From a virus: a stretch of DNA of 64,000 nucleotides. Made by a program: the position numbers and the translations under genes. Positions 37,281-47,214 of this stretch are shown here, piece after piece (position 1 is the first letter of the stretch; the number at the start of each line of letters is the position of its first letter). The stretch is from IMG/VR virus record IMGVR_UViG_3300037501_000166. One strand, given 5' to 3'. A model generated the notes under the pieces. That model saw only the letters and a list, made by a program, of their open reading frames with translations. It had not been told where the DNA came from and did not search any database.

Positions 37281-37318
37281 GGGGCAACCCAGAAGAAATT
37301 CTGGGTTGCCCCTTTTTT
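37281..37318 (+). terminator. Rho-independent terminator
   Basis: Perfect 14-bp stem GGGGCAACCCAGAA-GAAA-TTCTGGGTTGCCCC followed by T6. Confidence 0.92.
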
Positions 37319-37405
37319 ATCCCGACTTTGACAGTTGTTTCTGTACGGTTGAACCCATCGATTTCCTTGTGCGCCTTGGCAAAGAACTCCTCCCGGAGGT
37401 CTCCC

Positions 37406-38206
37406 TCATCCCTCTTGGGCCTCGTTGGGCGGTTCCGCCTGCGACGGATCGACTTGAGGGCTGTGTGCCCTGTCCGGTCGCAGACGAGGCCGATAGCTCT
37501 TGCCATTGATGATGACGTGATGGGCTCTGTTAATCAAGCGATCCAGGACCCCCTCGGCCAACACCGGGTTGGGGAACAAGGGATACCAGTGCTGGGGCGA
37601 TCGGTTGGAGGCCACCACCACAGAGCCCATTCGGCTTCGATCATCGATGAGGTCATAGATGTCCTCTGCTTGTTGGGGGGTGAACTCCTTCATTGCGAAG
37701 TCATCGAGAAGTAGCAAGTCGGGCTTCAGGTATCGACGGAAACGGTTCTCCCAGGTTCCATCGGCGTGACCTCCGCCCAGATCGGCCAGCAGACGCGAAG
37801 TCTTGAGATAGAGCACGGAGTGACCCAGCCGGCAGGCCTGATGACCGATGGCCTGAAGCAGGTGGGTTTTGCCTACCCCGACGGGTCCTATGAACAGCAC
37901 CCACTGTTTGCGCTCGATGAACTGGCAGTTGGCCAGGTCCCGGATCTGCCTGGCCGGCAGTTTGGGGTTGGAGCCGAAGTCGAAGCCCTCCAAGGTCTTG
38001 ATCTCTTCGAAACGGGCTCGGGCCACCCTCTGGGTGAGCCTCTGATTGGCGCGACGTTGCAATTCGTCCTCCATGAGGATCTCCAAGAACTCGACGTAGC
38101 CCAGATGCTCCTGCTGGGCCTGAGAGAGCCTCATCTCCAGGCTCTGGAGCATGCCCGAGAGCTTCAGCCCTTTGAGCTTTGCGATCAGATGATGTTCGCT
38201 GGCCAT
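37406..38206 (-). CDS. istB: IS21 helper ATPase IstB
   Basis: LKGLKLSGM N-terminus, Walker A GPVGVGKT, Walker B LLLLDD, ILDRL-like VLDRL. Confidence 0.95.
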   Translation of the reverse strand: MASEHHLIAKLKGLKLSGMLQSLEMRLSQAQQEHLGYVEFLEILMEDELQRRANQRLTQRVARARFEEIKTLEGFDFGSNPKLPARQIRDLANCQFIERKQWVLFIGPVGVGKTHLLQAIGHQACRLGHSVLYLKTSRLLADLGGGHADGTWENRFRRYLKPDLLLLDDFAMKEFTPQQAEDIYDLIDDRSRMGSVVVASNRSPQHWYPLFPNPVLAEGVLDRLINRAHHVIINGKSYRPRLRPDRAHSPQVDPSQAEPPNEAQEG

Positions 38207-39402
38207 GGGATACCTCCTTCAGGATCGGGCCTTGGATGCCAGGGGTTCGAGGAGTTCCGCAGGGCCCCGAAGATAGGCCCCTGTCTCGACCCGATGCGTC
38301 TGCAAAGCGACCAACTTGTCGCGGCCGCTTTCCAGGCAGTGTATCCCCCTCCTCCTGCAAAGAAGTAGCAATCCCTTCCCACCTTCGCCTGGCCCCAGGT
38401 GACCACCTCAAAGGGCTCAGAGGGAAGCGGCCTCAAGGCTTGCCGCTCCAGTCCTTGGAAGACTTCCAGTGGACGCTGACGGGTGGTGCCGTGAATCCTC
38501 ATCCCAGCCACCTTCACACACCACTGATAGGCCTGCCGGTTGATCTCATCCAGAGAGCCAAAACTCCTTCCCGCCCAGAGGCTCCCACGAATATAGGGCA
38601 TCATCCTTTCCACCCGTGGTTTGTCCTTGGGTTTGCCCACCCGCGCAGGATCGATGAGCACCCCGTAGTGCGAGGCAAGTTCGGCATATCCCCTGTTGAA
38701 CTTGGGGTCATAGAGGTCCGGCTTCAGTACACCGCTGGTCAAATTGTCCAGCACCACCCGACGGGGCGTTCCACCCCAGAACTCAAAGGTCCCTATGTGA
38801 CACTCCAGCCACGTCGCCTGATCCATCCGCTCCACCACCCGCACGAACATGTGACGACTGTGGGAAAGCACCATTACAAAGGCCCACAGTCTCCTCCTTC
38901 TGCCCACCACGGGGTCCTCCCACAGCCCCAGATACCCATAGTCCACCTGGGCCTCCTCACCCGCCGGCGGATCCTCCCGCCTCACCGTCAGACACCGGCG
39001 CTCCAACACCTCAGGAAGGCATTTGCGCACGTAGCGATAAAAGCTGCTGTACGACGCTCCAAGACCATGCTCATCTCTGAGTCTCTGCCAACTCACTGCA
39101 ACGGTGGTCTTCTCCAGTGCCTCCCTGATCACATCGTGGTGCTCCAGAAGCTCGCGAAACACCACCGATCCCACCGTTGGGTCCACAAGCTCAGGAGCCG
39201 CTTGTTCCAAAAAGACCCTCCACCCCTCAGGGGGTGGCAACCCTCCAACCTCGTAGCCATGGGACCTCGCAATCGCCACGTACTTGCGGATCGTCGGCCG
39301 GGACACCCCCAGGCACCGCGCTACCGCTCTAATCCCACGCCCCGACTGCCAATGATCGAGAATCTCCCCTATGTCGCGCACCGTCACCTTCCTCCTTGCC
39401 AT
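38185..39402 (-). pseudogene. istA: IS21 transposase IstA with internal deletion/frameshift near 38338
   Basis: HTH, QVDYG, VLDNL, KPRVE DDE motifs; after GGGGYT the plausible C-terminus (CLESGRDKLVALQ...KARS*) is in another frame. Confidence 0.85.
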
Positions 39403-39530
39403 CGGCCCAGCCTCCTCTCTGCTTACAGCTGGACCATGGTCGCATCACTGCCCCAACTTCGGCACGCCCCAGGGGTGGGTCATTTACATGAAAACCAGGT
39501 GGGTCATATCCGTGAAAAATCAGCCCTCAA

Positions 39531-39952
39531 AATGGATTCATGCCGTTTCGTCCTCAGATAATAGTTTAGGTTTTCGAATACGCCCGCGCTTGCGCCGGTG
39601 GATCATTTCCCTAAAAGATGAACCTTGCGATTTTTGCGCCGTCGTAGAGATCGTGCCTCCTTGCGCCTTGATGGTGATAGGCACAAGCCCTGGCATGTAT
39701 CGCATACTTGCGGGCGTGGGTATGGCCAAGGCGGCACCAGACAAGTGGGCTGTAGGCGACTGTCGCTTATGGGTACCCTGGCCCACTCCCTGGGTCTGGC
39801 CCGTATGGCGCGGGCTGTCTCGCGTCGCACGGGCCGTCGGAAGATTGGGCATTGGACCAGGTCGTTGCGGGCATAAAACTCATCTAATGGATTCATGCCG
39901 TTTCGTCCTCAGATAATAGTTTAGGTTTTCGAATACGCCCGCGCTTGCGCCG
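39531..39952. repeat. Exact 67-bp direct repeat (39531-39597 and 39886-39952) flanking 288 bp
   Basis: AATGGATTCATGCCG...CGCTTGCGCCG read base by base in both positions. Confidence 0.95.
39603..39896 (-). CDS. Hypothetical Cys-containing basic protein (97 aa)
   Basis: ATG overlaps the TGA of the upstream HTH gene. Confidence 0.45.
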   Translation of the reverse strand: MNPLDEFYARNDLVQCPIFRRPVRRETARAIRARPREWARVPISDSRLQPTCLVPPWPYPRPQVCDTCQGLCLSPSRRKEARSLRRRKNRKVHLLGK

Positions 39953-40156
39953 TTCGACGTGCCAAATACCCCATACCAATACGGCCCGTGGGAGGTCAAT
40001 CCCCATTTCTGCGGCAGCAGTTTCTAGAGCGGCAGCGGTACGGGGTGACGGCCGCCGAAGATGAAGCCGGATCTGGTTGAGGGTGGTATAGGCAATGCCA
40101 GCCCGCCATGCCAGCTCTTCCAACTCCGACCTTGTAAGATCATTCAAGACCATCAC
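39893..40156 (-). CDS. HTH DNA-binding protein
   Basis: LEELAWRAGIAYTTLNQIRLHLRRPSPRTAAALE is XRE-like. Confidence 0.7.
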   Translation of the reverse strand: MMVLNDLTRSELEELAWRAGIAYTTLNQIRLHLRRPSPRTAAALETAAAEMGIDLPRAVLVWGIWHVERRKRGRIRKPKLLSEDETA

Positions 40157-40159
40157 AGA

Positions 40160-40603
40160 CTACTCCTCGGTAATGGTTACGGTTACGCCATGCGCACCAA
40201 TGTTCGCATAGCGTTTGCGGATGATTTCGGTCGTGATGATCGAGTCATCGCGCCATATGATGCCGGATAGGGCGTCCTCAACGGCGCGGGCGAGTTTGAG
40301 GGCGTCTGGTTGAGCACCAGGAACGCGCGGCGCATTGGGTTTCAGGTTCCCCTTGGTATTGTAGTGGGTTTTGGGACGCGGCAGGTAAAATGTTAGCTCG
40401 ACGAATAATGGGAAATCGAAAGGCTTTTGAGGCTTTAACTCCCAGGCAACGGCCTGTATGGCATAACGCCAATCCTTGCCTGGCCCCCCCGAAGCATCGA
40501 CGACGATAGGTTTTCCGGTTTTGCGGTTCAAAAAGACCCGCTTTGACCCGGCTGGTTTGGGTGTTCCATGCACAAAGAACCGGATTGGTGTCATATTCAG
40601 CAT
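40160..40603 (-). CDS. rusA: RusA-family Holliday junction resolvase
   Basis: GTPKPAGSKR, PDALKLARAVEDALSGIIWRDDS motifs. Confidence 0.9.
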   Translation of the reverse strand: MLNMTPIRFFVHGTPKPAGSKRVFLNRKTGKPIVVDASGGPGKDWRYAIQAVAWELKPQKPFDFPLFVELTFYLPRPKTHYNTKGNLKPNAPRVPGAQPDALKLARAVEDALSGIIWRDDSIITTEIIRKRYANIGAHGVTVTITEE

Positions 40604-40627
40604 CTCCTTAGATTTTCAGAAAGGTGT

Positions 40628-40876
40628 TCAAAAAGGGACATCGTCATCCCGTGGGATTTTGGGCTCATCTTTTGGGCTTAGCTTCGGGATCGATTCGTCG
40701 AGAAAGATATGATAATCCGGATGGGTATCTTTGGATTTCGATTTGTTCTTAAAAATCGTGATTCGGACATTACCACCCTGCGGGATCTTGTCCCGTTCGA
40801 TGACCCCGCTCAGAAATTTATTGCCGTTTTTGTCTGTTTTAAGCCAAAGGGCTCCTGCGCGGTCAATTCGTGCCAT
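40628..40876 (-). CDS. Small SSB-like protein (DUF736-like)
   Basis: AGALW...FLSG...HPDY core and acidic DDDVPF tail; GGAG RBS before MARIDR. Confidence 0.7.
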   Translation of the reverse strand: MARIDRAGALWLKTDKNGNKFLSGVIERDKIPQGGNVRITIFKNKSKSKDTHPDYHIFLDESIPKLSPKDEPKIPRDDDVPF

Positions 40877-42515
40877 TTTTTCCTCTCCTTTGCCATGATG
40901 ATACTGGTAAAAAATTACTTCCCTTGATGAGCTTGTAATCCAGTTCGAGCCCGACGGGGTTTTCATGCCGAAAATTTTTGGCCTTCACGATCTTGATCGT
41001 GTTGGGTTCAGGTGGTGTGCCTTTGCTCAAGGAGAGATAAAGCCTCGGCTTCTGCAAGCCCTTTTCCCCGCCTTCGCCCCAATCCCTGGAGCTGGGCTTT
41101 TGCAAAGCCACTACCGCGATGCCTTTGCCCAGCTTGCGGTAGATATCCGCCAATTTCCCAGCGATTTGGTAATAATCCCCATAGAGTTCGAGGAAATCGA
41201 TAATGTTAAGATCATCCGGGGCGATCACATCGTGGAAATCGCGATCACGTTCCCAGAAATGGATCTTGGACCAAGTATCGGGCATGATGCTGTCGAAAAG
41301 GGCCATGCGCATGCGCAGTTCTTGGTCGCCCATTTCGGAAGAGAAGTAATGAACGGGCATTTGGTTGCAGTTCATCACGGCCAGGTTAAGCAGGAAGGTT
41401 GTCTTGCCAGCGTCGAATTCCCCTGCGATTACGATGATATTTTTTGGGTAGATTTTCACTAGTTTTTCGATATGGAAAGGTAGGCGGACGGGGAATTCTT
41501 CAACCGCCGCGCTTTGCCAATCTATCTTTTCCATATCCGTGTCAACGACGCGAAAGTATCTTGGTTTCGATGCTACCCTTTCGATGAGCCCTTCCTCGAC
41601 CAAACGTTGCAAACTTTTTTTCCTCGATTCTTTGTCCCCTTTTGTCCCGAAACCCAGTTCTTTGTCCACTTCTGTCCCCGTAAAGTCCCCTTTTGTCCCG
41701 TTTAGCCAAGCGCGGATTTCGGACATGACGCTGTTGGTGCGCCGTTCACCGCGCTGAAAAGCACTTTGAACCTTGGTCCAGGCTTCTTGCGGTGGGAATG
41801 GCGGATCGCATTTTGAGGCAATGAAATCAATTACTTGCCTTATCTCGTCCGATGCCATTCCACCTTTTTGGAGGGTCCAAGCGATATGAAAAAGGGTTTC
41901 ATCGCGCCCCGGCCTCGTGAAAGCCAGGGTGTCCCCGCATGTCCCCGTTTGTCCCGTTTTGTCCCTTGGTATAGCTTTTGCAAATATATATTCTTTTAAC
42001 GTACTAGGTACTTCTTTTGGGTTTAAATCTTTAAGACTTAAACCCTTCTTAAAGCTGTACTTACCTCTACACGTACTGGGAGGACCCATGCTGGGTGGGG
42101 CGATGATATAGCCCCCGTCGTTGCGAGCATCGATCCCCTTGATGCCGTTTATGTTTGAGCCGTGCGGTATGTCGGGATCATAGAGAAACCAAAAATGATC
42201 GCCGTTTTGGGGCGTAACCACGGTTGGTGTTTCGAAAGTATCCGGAATGCGGTCTTCAATGGCCTCCCGCGTTCCGTTTTCCATATTCCGGTAATCGAAA
42301 TCAACTACCGTAAGGTTATTTATCTTGCCGGTGATGATGCCGATTCCGGCATCCGGCCATTTTGTCCACCACGACCGGATGTCCGACTCGGGGGGGAGGG
42401 CGTTCTGGAAGGTTTTCCAAGCGGACAAAAGGGGTTTTTTGTCGGCTTGCGACCGGACGGGAATGAGGGAAAATCCTTTCCCCCTGTACCAAAGCGCCCA
42501 GTCTAACATGGACAT
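40863..42515 (-). CDS. Bifunctional primase-polymerase fused to a RecA/DnaB-type helicase domain
   Basis: GIGIITG...VVDFD, TPQNGDHFWF, IDARNDGGYIIAPPS; PriCT-like RDETLF; Walker A GEFDAGKT; GGAGG RBS before ATG 42515. Confidence 0.88.
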   Translation of the reverse strand: MSMLDWALWYRGKGFSLIPVRSQADKKPLLSAWKTFQNALPPESDIRSWWTKWPDAGIGIITGKINNLTVVDFDYRNMENGTREAIEDRIPDTFETPTVVTPQNGDHFWFLYDPDIPHGSNINGIKGIDARNDGGYIIAPPSMGPPSTCRGKYSFKKGLSLKDLNPKEVPSTLKEYIFAKAIPRDKTGQTGTCGDTLAFTRPGRDETLFHIAWTLQKGGMASDEIRQVIDFIASKCDPPFPPQEAWTKVQSAFQRGERRTNSVMSEIRAWLNGTKGDFTGTEVDKELGFGTKGDKESRKKSLQRLVEEGLIERVASKPRYFRVVDTDMEKIDWQSAAVEEFPVRLPFHIEKLVKIYPKNIIVIAGEFDAGKTTFLLNLAVMNCNQMPVHYFSSEMGDQELRMRMALFDSIMPDTWSKIHFWERDRDFHDVIAPDDLNIIDFLELYGDYYQIAGKLADIYRKLGKGIAVVALQKPSSRDWGEGGEKGLQKPRLYLSLSKGTPPEPNTIKIVKAKNFRHENPVGLELDYKLIKGSNFLPVSSWQRRGKNGTN

Positions 42516-42541
42516 AGACACCCCTCCGTAGAAGTGCAGAG

Positions 42542-42869
42542 AACGCACTGAGGGCCGAGTTTGGCGCCCCCCAGAGCGTTCCCTGGGCACTGGAGATGCG
42601 ATCGGACCATGGCCCGCAGTATACAGACAGTGACTGTGAGGCGTTTTGCTGCCGCTGGAGGATCGAGCACACCCTGGCCCCTGTGGGGCGTCCCACGGGC
42701 AACGCGATGGCTGAACGCTTTATCCAGACGTTGAAAGTGGAGCTGATGTGGACTCGGGACTGGGAGACGATTGACGATCTTCGCGAAGCGATCACTGTGT
42801 GGCTGGACGAATACAACCACCGGCGGCCTCATCAAGCACTCGGCTGGAAGCCCCGGCTGCGAGCGCAGG
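42542..42869 (+). pseudogene. IS3-family transposase fragment (copy 2)
   Basis: Identical to 35-362; here visibly located between the cro gene and the primase RBS. Confidence 0.85.
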
Positions 42870-42879
42870 GCAGAGTCTT

Positions 42880-43062
42880 CTAATAAATATCCCCGAAGGC
42901 TATCTCCCCGCCGGATCGCTCGACGATCCGCCGCGCCGAGGCCGGCCTCGGCTTATGCCGCCCGGTCTCCCATTGCCATAGGGAGACCCGATGGACGCCA
43001 AGCCGCCGACCGGCTTGGGCAAGAGAAAGCCCACTTTTTTTTCGCCATTGTTTGAGTGTCAT
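42880..43062 (-). CDS. Cro/CI-like HTH regulator (copy 2)
   Basis: Identical to 373-555. Confidence 0.85.
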   Translation of the reverse strand: MTLKQWRKKSGLSLAQAGRRLGVHRVSLWQWETGRHKPRPASARRIVERSGGEIAFGDIY

Positions 43063-43369
43063 GCGGAAATGAATACTAGTTTTGATTCCTTCTGTCAAGT
43101 CTTTTTTTCTGCCCTGCGAATTGGCCTTGGAAAACGCTTAGTTAGAAAAAAATCTTCACTGCATAAAAAAATACTTGACAAACGAATAAGCCTGTGCGAT
43201 AACATCACCATCACGGTAGGAGGTTAAAAAATGAAGATAAGAAAGATGAAATTTGGCCCCCCCTGCCTATATCCTGTTTCACCAAGTGGGTTGGTGAATC
43301 AGGACCTGGGCAGGGAGCCCAGGATATTCCAAGGCCCCCCCTGTTGTGGGGGGGGGCAAAGGAGAGGCT

Positions 43370-44164
43370 ATGGAGACCAGAACCAGAACCGAGAGCAGAA
43401 GGCTGCTGGAGTCGGCCGGGTACCCCCCGGCCGCGGTGGAAATTGTATTGAAATGGACCGCTCCCCTGCGCCACAAGGAGCGGGTGGAGACGGTCCACGA
43501 GGTACTGCGGGAGTACCTCGACACCGCCCCCCCAGAGGAGCGGGCCGGGTTGGCCCGCATCCTCCTATCCCTGGAGTTGGCGGGGATAGGGGGGAGGATG
43601 GACGTAGAGGGGCTGGCCACAACCCGGCTGGCCCCCTTTGCCACGCTTGGCAAGGGCCGTCGGAACGCGACCGACGGCCCTGCGTGGAACGCAGCGCTGC
43701 GGGATGCCCTCCGCGAATCCGGGGGGCGCCCTGCGGTGGAATGGAACAGGGAGGCCCGCCGTCTCACAGCGGCGGGAATCCCCCTGGTCCCGGGTCGAAT
43801 CCCCAGCCGCTGGCTCCTGGCGGAGCTGCGGCGGGGGGTTCTGTACCTGGCATGGAGAACGGGCGACATGGCCGGCCAACCCCCAAGGCCGGCTTTAGAC
43901 TGGGACAGTTATACAAGCTGGTCCAGTCTGGTGGGCGGCGGCGCCGCCCACATTAGGGCGGTGGCGCAGGACTTGGCCGCCCAGGAGTGGAGGACTGGGG
44001 CAGGCCTCTACCACGCCCAGCTCTATCGGGCGTGGCAAGAGGCTGAGGAGGGGTCCGACGAGGAGGCCGCAGCCTCCCGCGCCCTGGCCGAGGCCGGGGC
44101 GGGGTGGCCGGTCTTCCCCTCCCGCTGGGAGGAGGAGGAATGGTGGCGGGAGGTCGCGCCATGA
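43370..44164 (+). CDS. Hypothetical early protein (copy 2)
   Basis: Identical to 863-1657. Confidence 0.6.
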   Translation: METRTRTESRRLLESAGYPPAAVEIVLKWTAPLRHKERVETVHEVLREYLDTAPPEERAGLARILLSLELAGIGGRMDVEGLATTRLAPFATLGKGRRNATDGPAWNAALRDALRESGGRPAVEWNREARRLTAAGIPLVPGRIPSRWLLAELRRGVLYLAWRTGDMAGQPPRPALDWDSYTSWSSLVGGGAAHIRAVAQDLAAQEWRTGAGLYHAQLYRAWQEAEEGSDEEAAASRALAEAGAGWPVFPSRWEEEEWWREVAP

Positions 44165-44352
44165 GCGCGGCCCCGTCTCCATCAACTATCCAGCGCCGCA
44201 GGCTGGAGGAGGATGTGCGAAGGGGGTGTGCACTCCTCCTCCAGTTGGGAGTAACAGATGAGGAGCTAGACAGGCTCCTCATCAAGGCGCGGCTTGCACT
44301 GGCGCGCCTGTTCCAAGAAGCGCGCGAGCGGGCAGAGCTAGTAGCGCTCTAG
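44161..44352 (+). CDS. Small hypothetical protein (copy 2)
   Basis: Identical to 1654-1845. Confidence 0.6.
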   Translation: MSAAPSPSTIQRRRLEEDVRRGCALLLQLGVTDEELDRLLIKARLALARLFQEARERAELVAL

Positions 44353-44384
44353 CCCGCCGCGGCGCCCGGTTCCAGGCAAAGCAA

Positions 44385-44424
44385 GGGGCAATCTAGGACA
44401 AAATCCTGGATTGCCCCTTTTTTT
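44385..44424 (+). terminator. Rho-independent terminator (copy 2)
   Basis: Identical to 1878-1917. Confidence 0.9.
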
Positions 44425-44491
44425 GTTACCCAATGGCTGGTGGCGGGTCGTCCGCACCAGTCACAGGGCGTAGATGAATTAGGAGGTAGCC

Positions 44492-45019
44492 ATGGCATTC
44501 ATGGACTTTCCGCCTGTCCTTGATGCCTGTTGCGGCAGTCGAATGTTTTGGTTTGATAAGCATGATGATCGGGTATTGTTCGTGGATAATCGGCGCGAGA
44601 CGTGGCCGATAGATATAGGGACGCCAGGGACAATCGGCAGACGCCCGATAGTTATCGACCCAGATCAACTTGCTGACTTCACAGAATTGCCTTTCCCGGA
44701 TGATGTCTTCGCCCTCGTGGTGTTCGATCCACCGCACATTAAGCAAACAACAAAAGCGCGAAGCAAAGGGGTGTTAGCAAGGAAATATGGGACATTGACT
44801 GAAGATTGGCATGAGACGCTAAGACGAGGATTTGCTGAATGTTTTAGAGTTCTCAAACCACATGGAACTTTGATTTTTAAGTGGTCGGATACCAGTTATC
44901 CAGTTTCCGAAGTGTTGGCGCTGACACCTGAGAAGCCACTCTTTGGTCACAAATCTGGCAAGAAACGCGGAACTCATTGGATAGCGTTTCTTAAGCCGAC
45001 AAGGGATAGCATTTCGTAA
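44492..45019 (+). CDS. Orphan SAM-dependent methyltransferase (copy 2)
   Basis: Identical to 1985-2512. Confidence 0.8.
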   Translation: MAFMDFPPVLDACCGSRMFWFDKHDDRVLFVDNRRETWPIDIGTPGTIGRRPIVIDPDQLADFTELPFPDDVFALVVFDPPHIKQTTKARSKGVLARKYGTLTEDWHETLRRGFAECFRVLKPHGTLIFKWSDTSYPVSEVLALTPEKPLFGHKSGKKRGTHWIAFLKPTRDSIS

Positions 45020-45076
45020 ACGAGGTGGCGCGGCACATAGACGCCGCGCCGGGCGACCGCGCGCCCAAGCTGGGAG

Positions 45077-46015
45077 ATGGAGGTGGCAATGGATAGGGCG
45101 GCATGGCTGGAGGAGAGGCGGAAGGGGATCGGGGGAAGCGACATCCCGGTTATCCTCGGGTTGTCCCCCTGGAAGACGCGTCGCCAACTCTGCGAGGAAA
45201 AGCGCGGGCAACGCCACGACGATCCCGAGACGCCCGATATGATGAGGGGGAAGGCGCTTGAGAGCATCGTTGCGGACCTGTGGTTTCTCAAGGATGAGAA
45301 AGCGAAGAAGATCTACGATTCCGATCTATTGAGGCACCACGAGTACCCGTGGATGGTAGCCAACCCAGACAGGGTGTTCATTGATGAGGATACCGACTTC
45401 GGCGTACTGGAAATCAAGTGCCCCCGGTTGCGGAAGTTCAACGCAATCAAGCGCGGTGGGCTTCCAGACTACATGATCGTTCAGCTTCAATGGTATATGA
45501 CCTTTTCTCTGTTCAATCATGGGGCGTGGGCGATCTTCAACGCGGAATCCTGGGAGTTGCTTTCTTTCCGGGTTGAACCCGATCCGGAGCTTCAGGCCAC
45601 GATGATCGAGGCGGGGCGCAAGTTCTGGGAGTTCGTGAAGTCTGACGCCCCGGCCTGGGAGATGGACGACGCCGACCCACCGCCCCCGCTTAACTTACCG
45701 CAAGCCCCGTCAGACCTTGTGACCCGCGATGATCCCGAGTGGACCCGCGCAGTCCGGGCCTACCGGGAGGCCAGGGAGATCCGGGAGGAGGGGGAGATCT
45801 TGGAGGAGGAGAGCAAGGCTCGAATCCTCACCCTCATGGAGTCTGCGCCCGTGGTGGAGGGAGCAGGAGTGCGCGTGTATAACACGCTGTCGCCGGGGCG
45901 CAAAACCTTGGACAAGAAGTTGTTGGAGAAGGAACTGGGGGATATCTCCCGGTTCGAGAAGCAGGGGCGGCCGTTCCGGTCGTTCCGCGTCTACAACCTG
46001 AGAGAGGAGAGATAA
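45077..46015 (+). CDS. YqaJ-like nuclease (copy 2)
   Basis: Identical to 2570-3508. Confidence 0.92.
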   Translation: MEVAMDRAAWLEERRKGIGGSDIPVILGLSPWKTRRQLCEEKRGQRHDDPETPDMMRGKALESIVADLWFLKDEKAKKIYDSDLLRHHEYPWMVANPDRVFIDEDTDFGVLEIKCPRLRKFNAIKRGGLPDYMIVQLQWYMTFSLFNHGAWAIFNAESWELLSFRVEPDPELQATMIEAGRKFWEFVKSDAPAWEMDDADPPPPLNLPQAPSDLVTRDDPEWTRAVRAYREAREIREEGEILEEESKARILTLMESAPVVEGAGVRVYNTLSPGRKTLDKKLLEKELGDISRFEKQGRPFRSFRVYNLREER

Positions 46016-46018
46016 GCC

Positions 46019-47176
46019 ATGGCAGAAGAGAGAGAAGAAATGCCGACCAAGGCGGAGGTCAAACGGGACGCTCTCATGGTTTTAGGCGCGCCTATCCATG
46101 GTGGGCTGATCCCCCAGAACTTCGAGGCCATGTGGCGCATGGCGCAGATCATGGCGGCCAGTGGGATGATGCCCAAGGGCCTTGAGACACCCGAGGCAGT
46201 CTTCGTCGCCGTCCAGATGGGCCTGGAGGTGGGCCTTTCTCCCATGCAAGCAGTGCAGAACATCGCGGTAATTAACGGTCGGCCTTCGGTGTGGGGAGAC
46301 GCGGGGCTTGCCTTAGTGGAAGCGTCGGGACTCCTGGAGGACTTCATCGAGGAGATATCGGACCATAGCGCGCGATGCGTCGCCAAGCGGAAGGGGCGCC
46401 CGAGTACCATCGAACGGGAGTTCTCCATGGACGACGCAAGGCGAGCGGGCCTCATCGGCAAGGGGGTGTGGGCGCAGTATCCCAAGCGGATGCTCCAAAT
46501 GCGCGCGCGGTGGTGGGTCCTGCGGGATGGTTTCGCGGACGTTCTTAAGGGGCTGAAGAGTGCCGAGGAAATCATGGATATGGAGGCTGATATGGGCGGG
46601 GCCTACATCGCCAAGACGGAAACGGAACAGCGGACTGAGGAACTGAAGGAGCGGCTACAGAAGCAGCAGAGGAAGGATGCCCAACCCATCGAGGTGGACC
46701 ACACCGCCCCCCCGCCCGCAAGCAACAGCCCAGGCGACTTTTCAGAAGCTGATGAGTTCTGGAACCTCAAAGCTGGCGGTTGGCTGGAATACTATCAGAC
46801 CATGACAAAAGAGAAATTCGATTCATGGTCCCAGGAGACTCAACAGAAATTTCTCCGAAAGTGCAAAGTCATGTCAACGAGGGCAAACATTCCGTCGCCA
46901 TGGCCGCCTACAACAACCGTGACGGTGGAGCCCGAACTGGAATCGGAGCCGGAGCCTAAGCCCACACCCGAGGTCCACAGCAGACCACCCGCCGTGATGT
47001 TGCAGGAGGAAATCCTGCGCGAAGTGTACCACATGCGGAAGACCGACCCGACGCTTTACGGTGAGATTGTAAATGGACGCAAATCGGCCGCTCTGTGGTC
47101 CCCAGCCGAATTTGAGGAGGTCCGCGCCGAGTTTTCGCGTCGATTGGATGAAAAGCTCGCGATGGAGGGCGAGTGA
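46019..47176 (+). CDS. recT: RecT-like protein (copy 2)
   Basis: Identical to 3512-4669. Confidence 0.8.
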   Translation: MAEEREEMPTKAEVKRDALMVLGAPIHGGLIPQNFEAMWRMAQIMAASGMMPKGLETPEAVFVAVQMGLEVGLSPMQAVQNIAVINGRPSVWGDAGLALVEASGLLEDFIEEISDHSARCVAKRKGRPSTIEREFSMDDARRAGLIGKGVWAQYPKRMLQMRARWWVLRDGFADVLKGLKSAEEIMDMEADMGGAYIAKTETEQRTEELKERLQKQQRKDAQPIEVDHTAPPPASNSPGDFSEADEFWNLKAGGWLEYYQTMTKEKFDSWSQETQQKFLRKCKVMSTRANIPSPWPPTTTVTVEPELESEPEPKPTPEVHSRPPAVMLQEEILREVYHMRKTDPTLYGEIVNGRKSAALWSPAEFEEVRAEFSRRLDEKLAMEGE

Positions 47177-47214
47177 TCTACTCAAGGATGTAAAGGTCAT
47201 GATGGAGGTGATCC

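Larger units (their letters stand above)
37406..39529 (-). mobile_element. Defective IS21-family insertion sequence (left end intact, right end not found)
   Basis: istA-istB pair; terminal TG at 39529 with two imperfect TGACCCACC-containing sub-terminal repeats 24 bp apart (39474, 39498). Confidence 0.9.

Noticed and set aside
37330-37405. IS21 right inverted repeat
   Set aside because: No TGACCCACC-type repeats or terminal CA match; the sequence reads like a remnant of another gene (DLREEFFAKAHKEIDG), so the right end is treated as missing.
39531-39952. Repeat-spacer-repeat as a CRISPR array
   Set aside because: Only two copies, 67-bp repeat with 288-bp spacer, repeat is coding sequence, no cas genes.
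42516-42590. N-terminal extension of the primase ORF to 42590
   Set aside because: The extension runs into the IS3 fragment; a GGAGG RBS supports ATG 42515.
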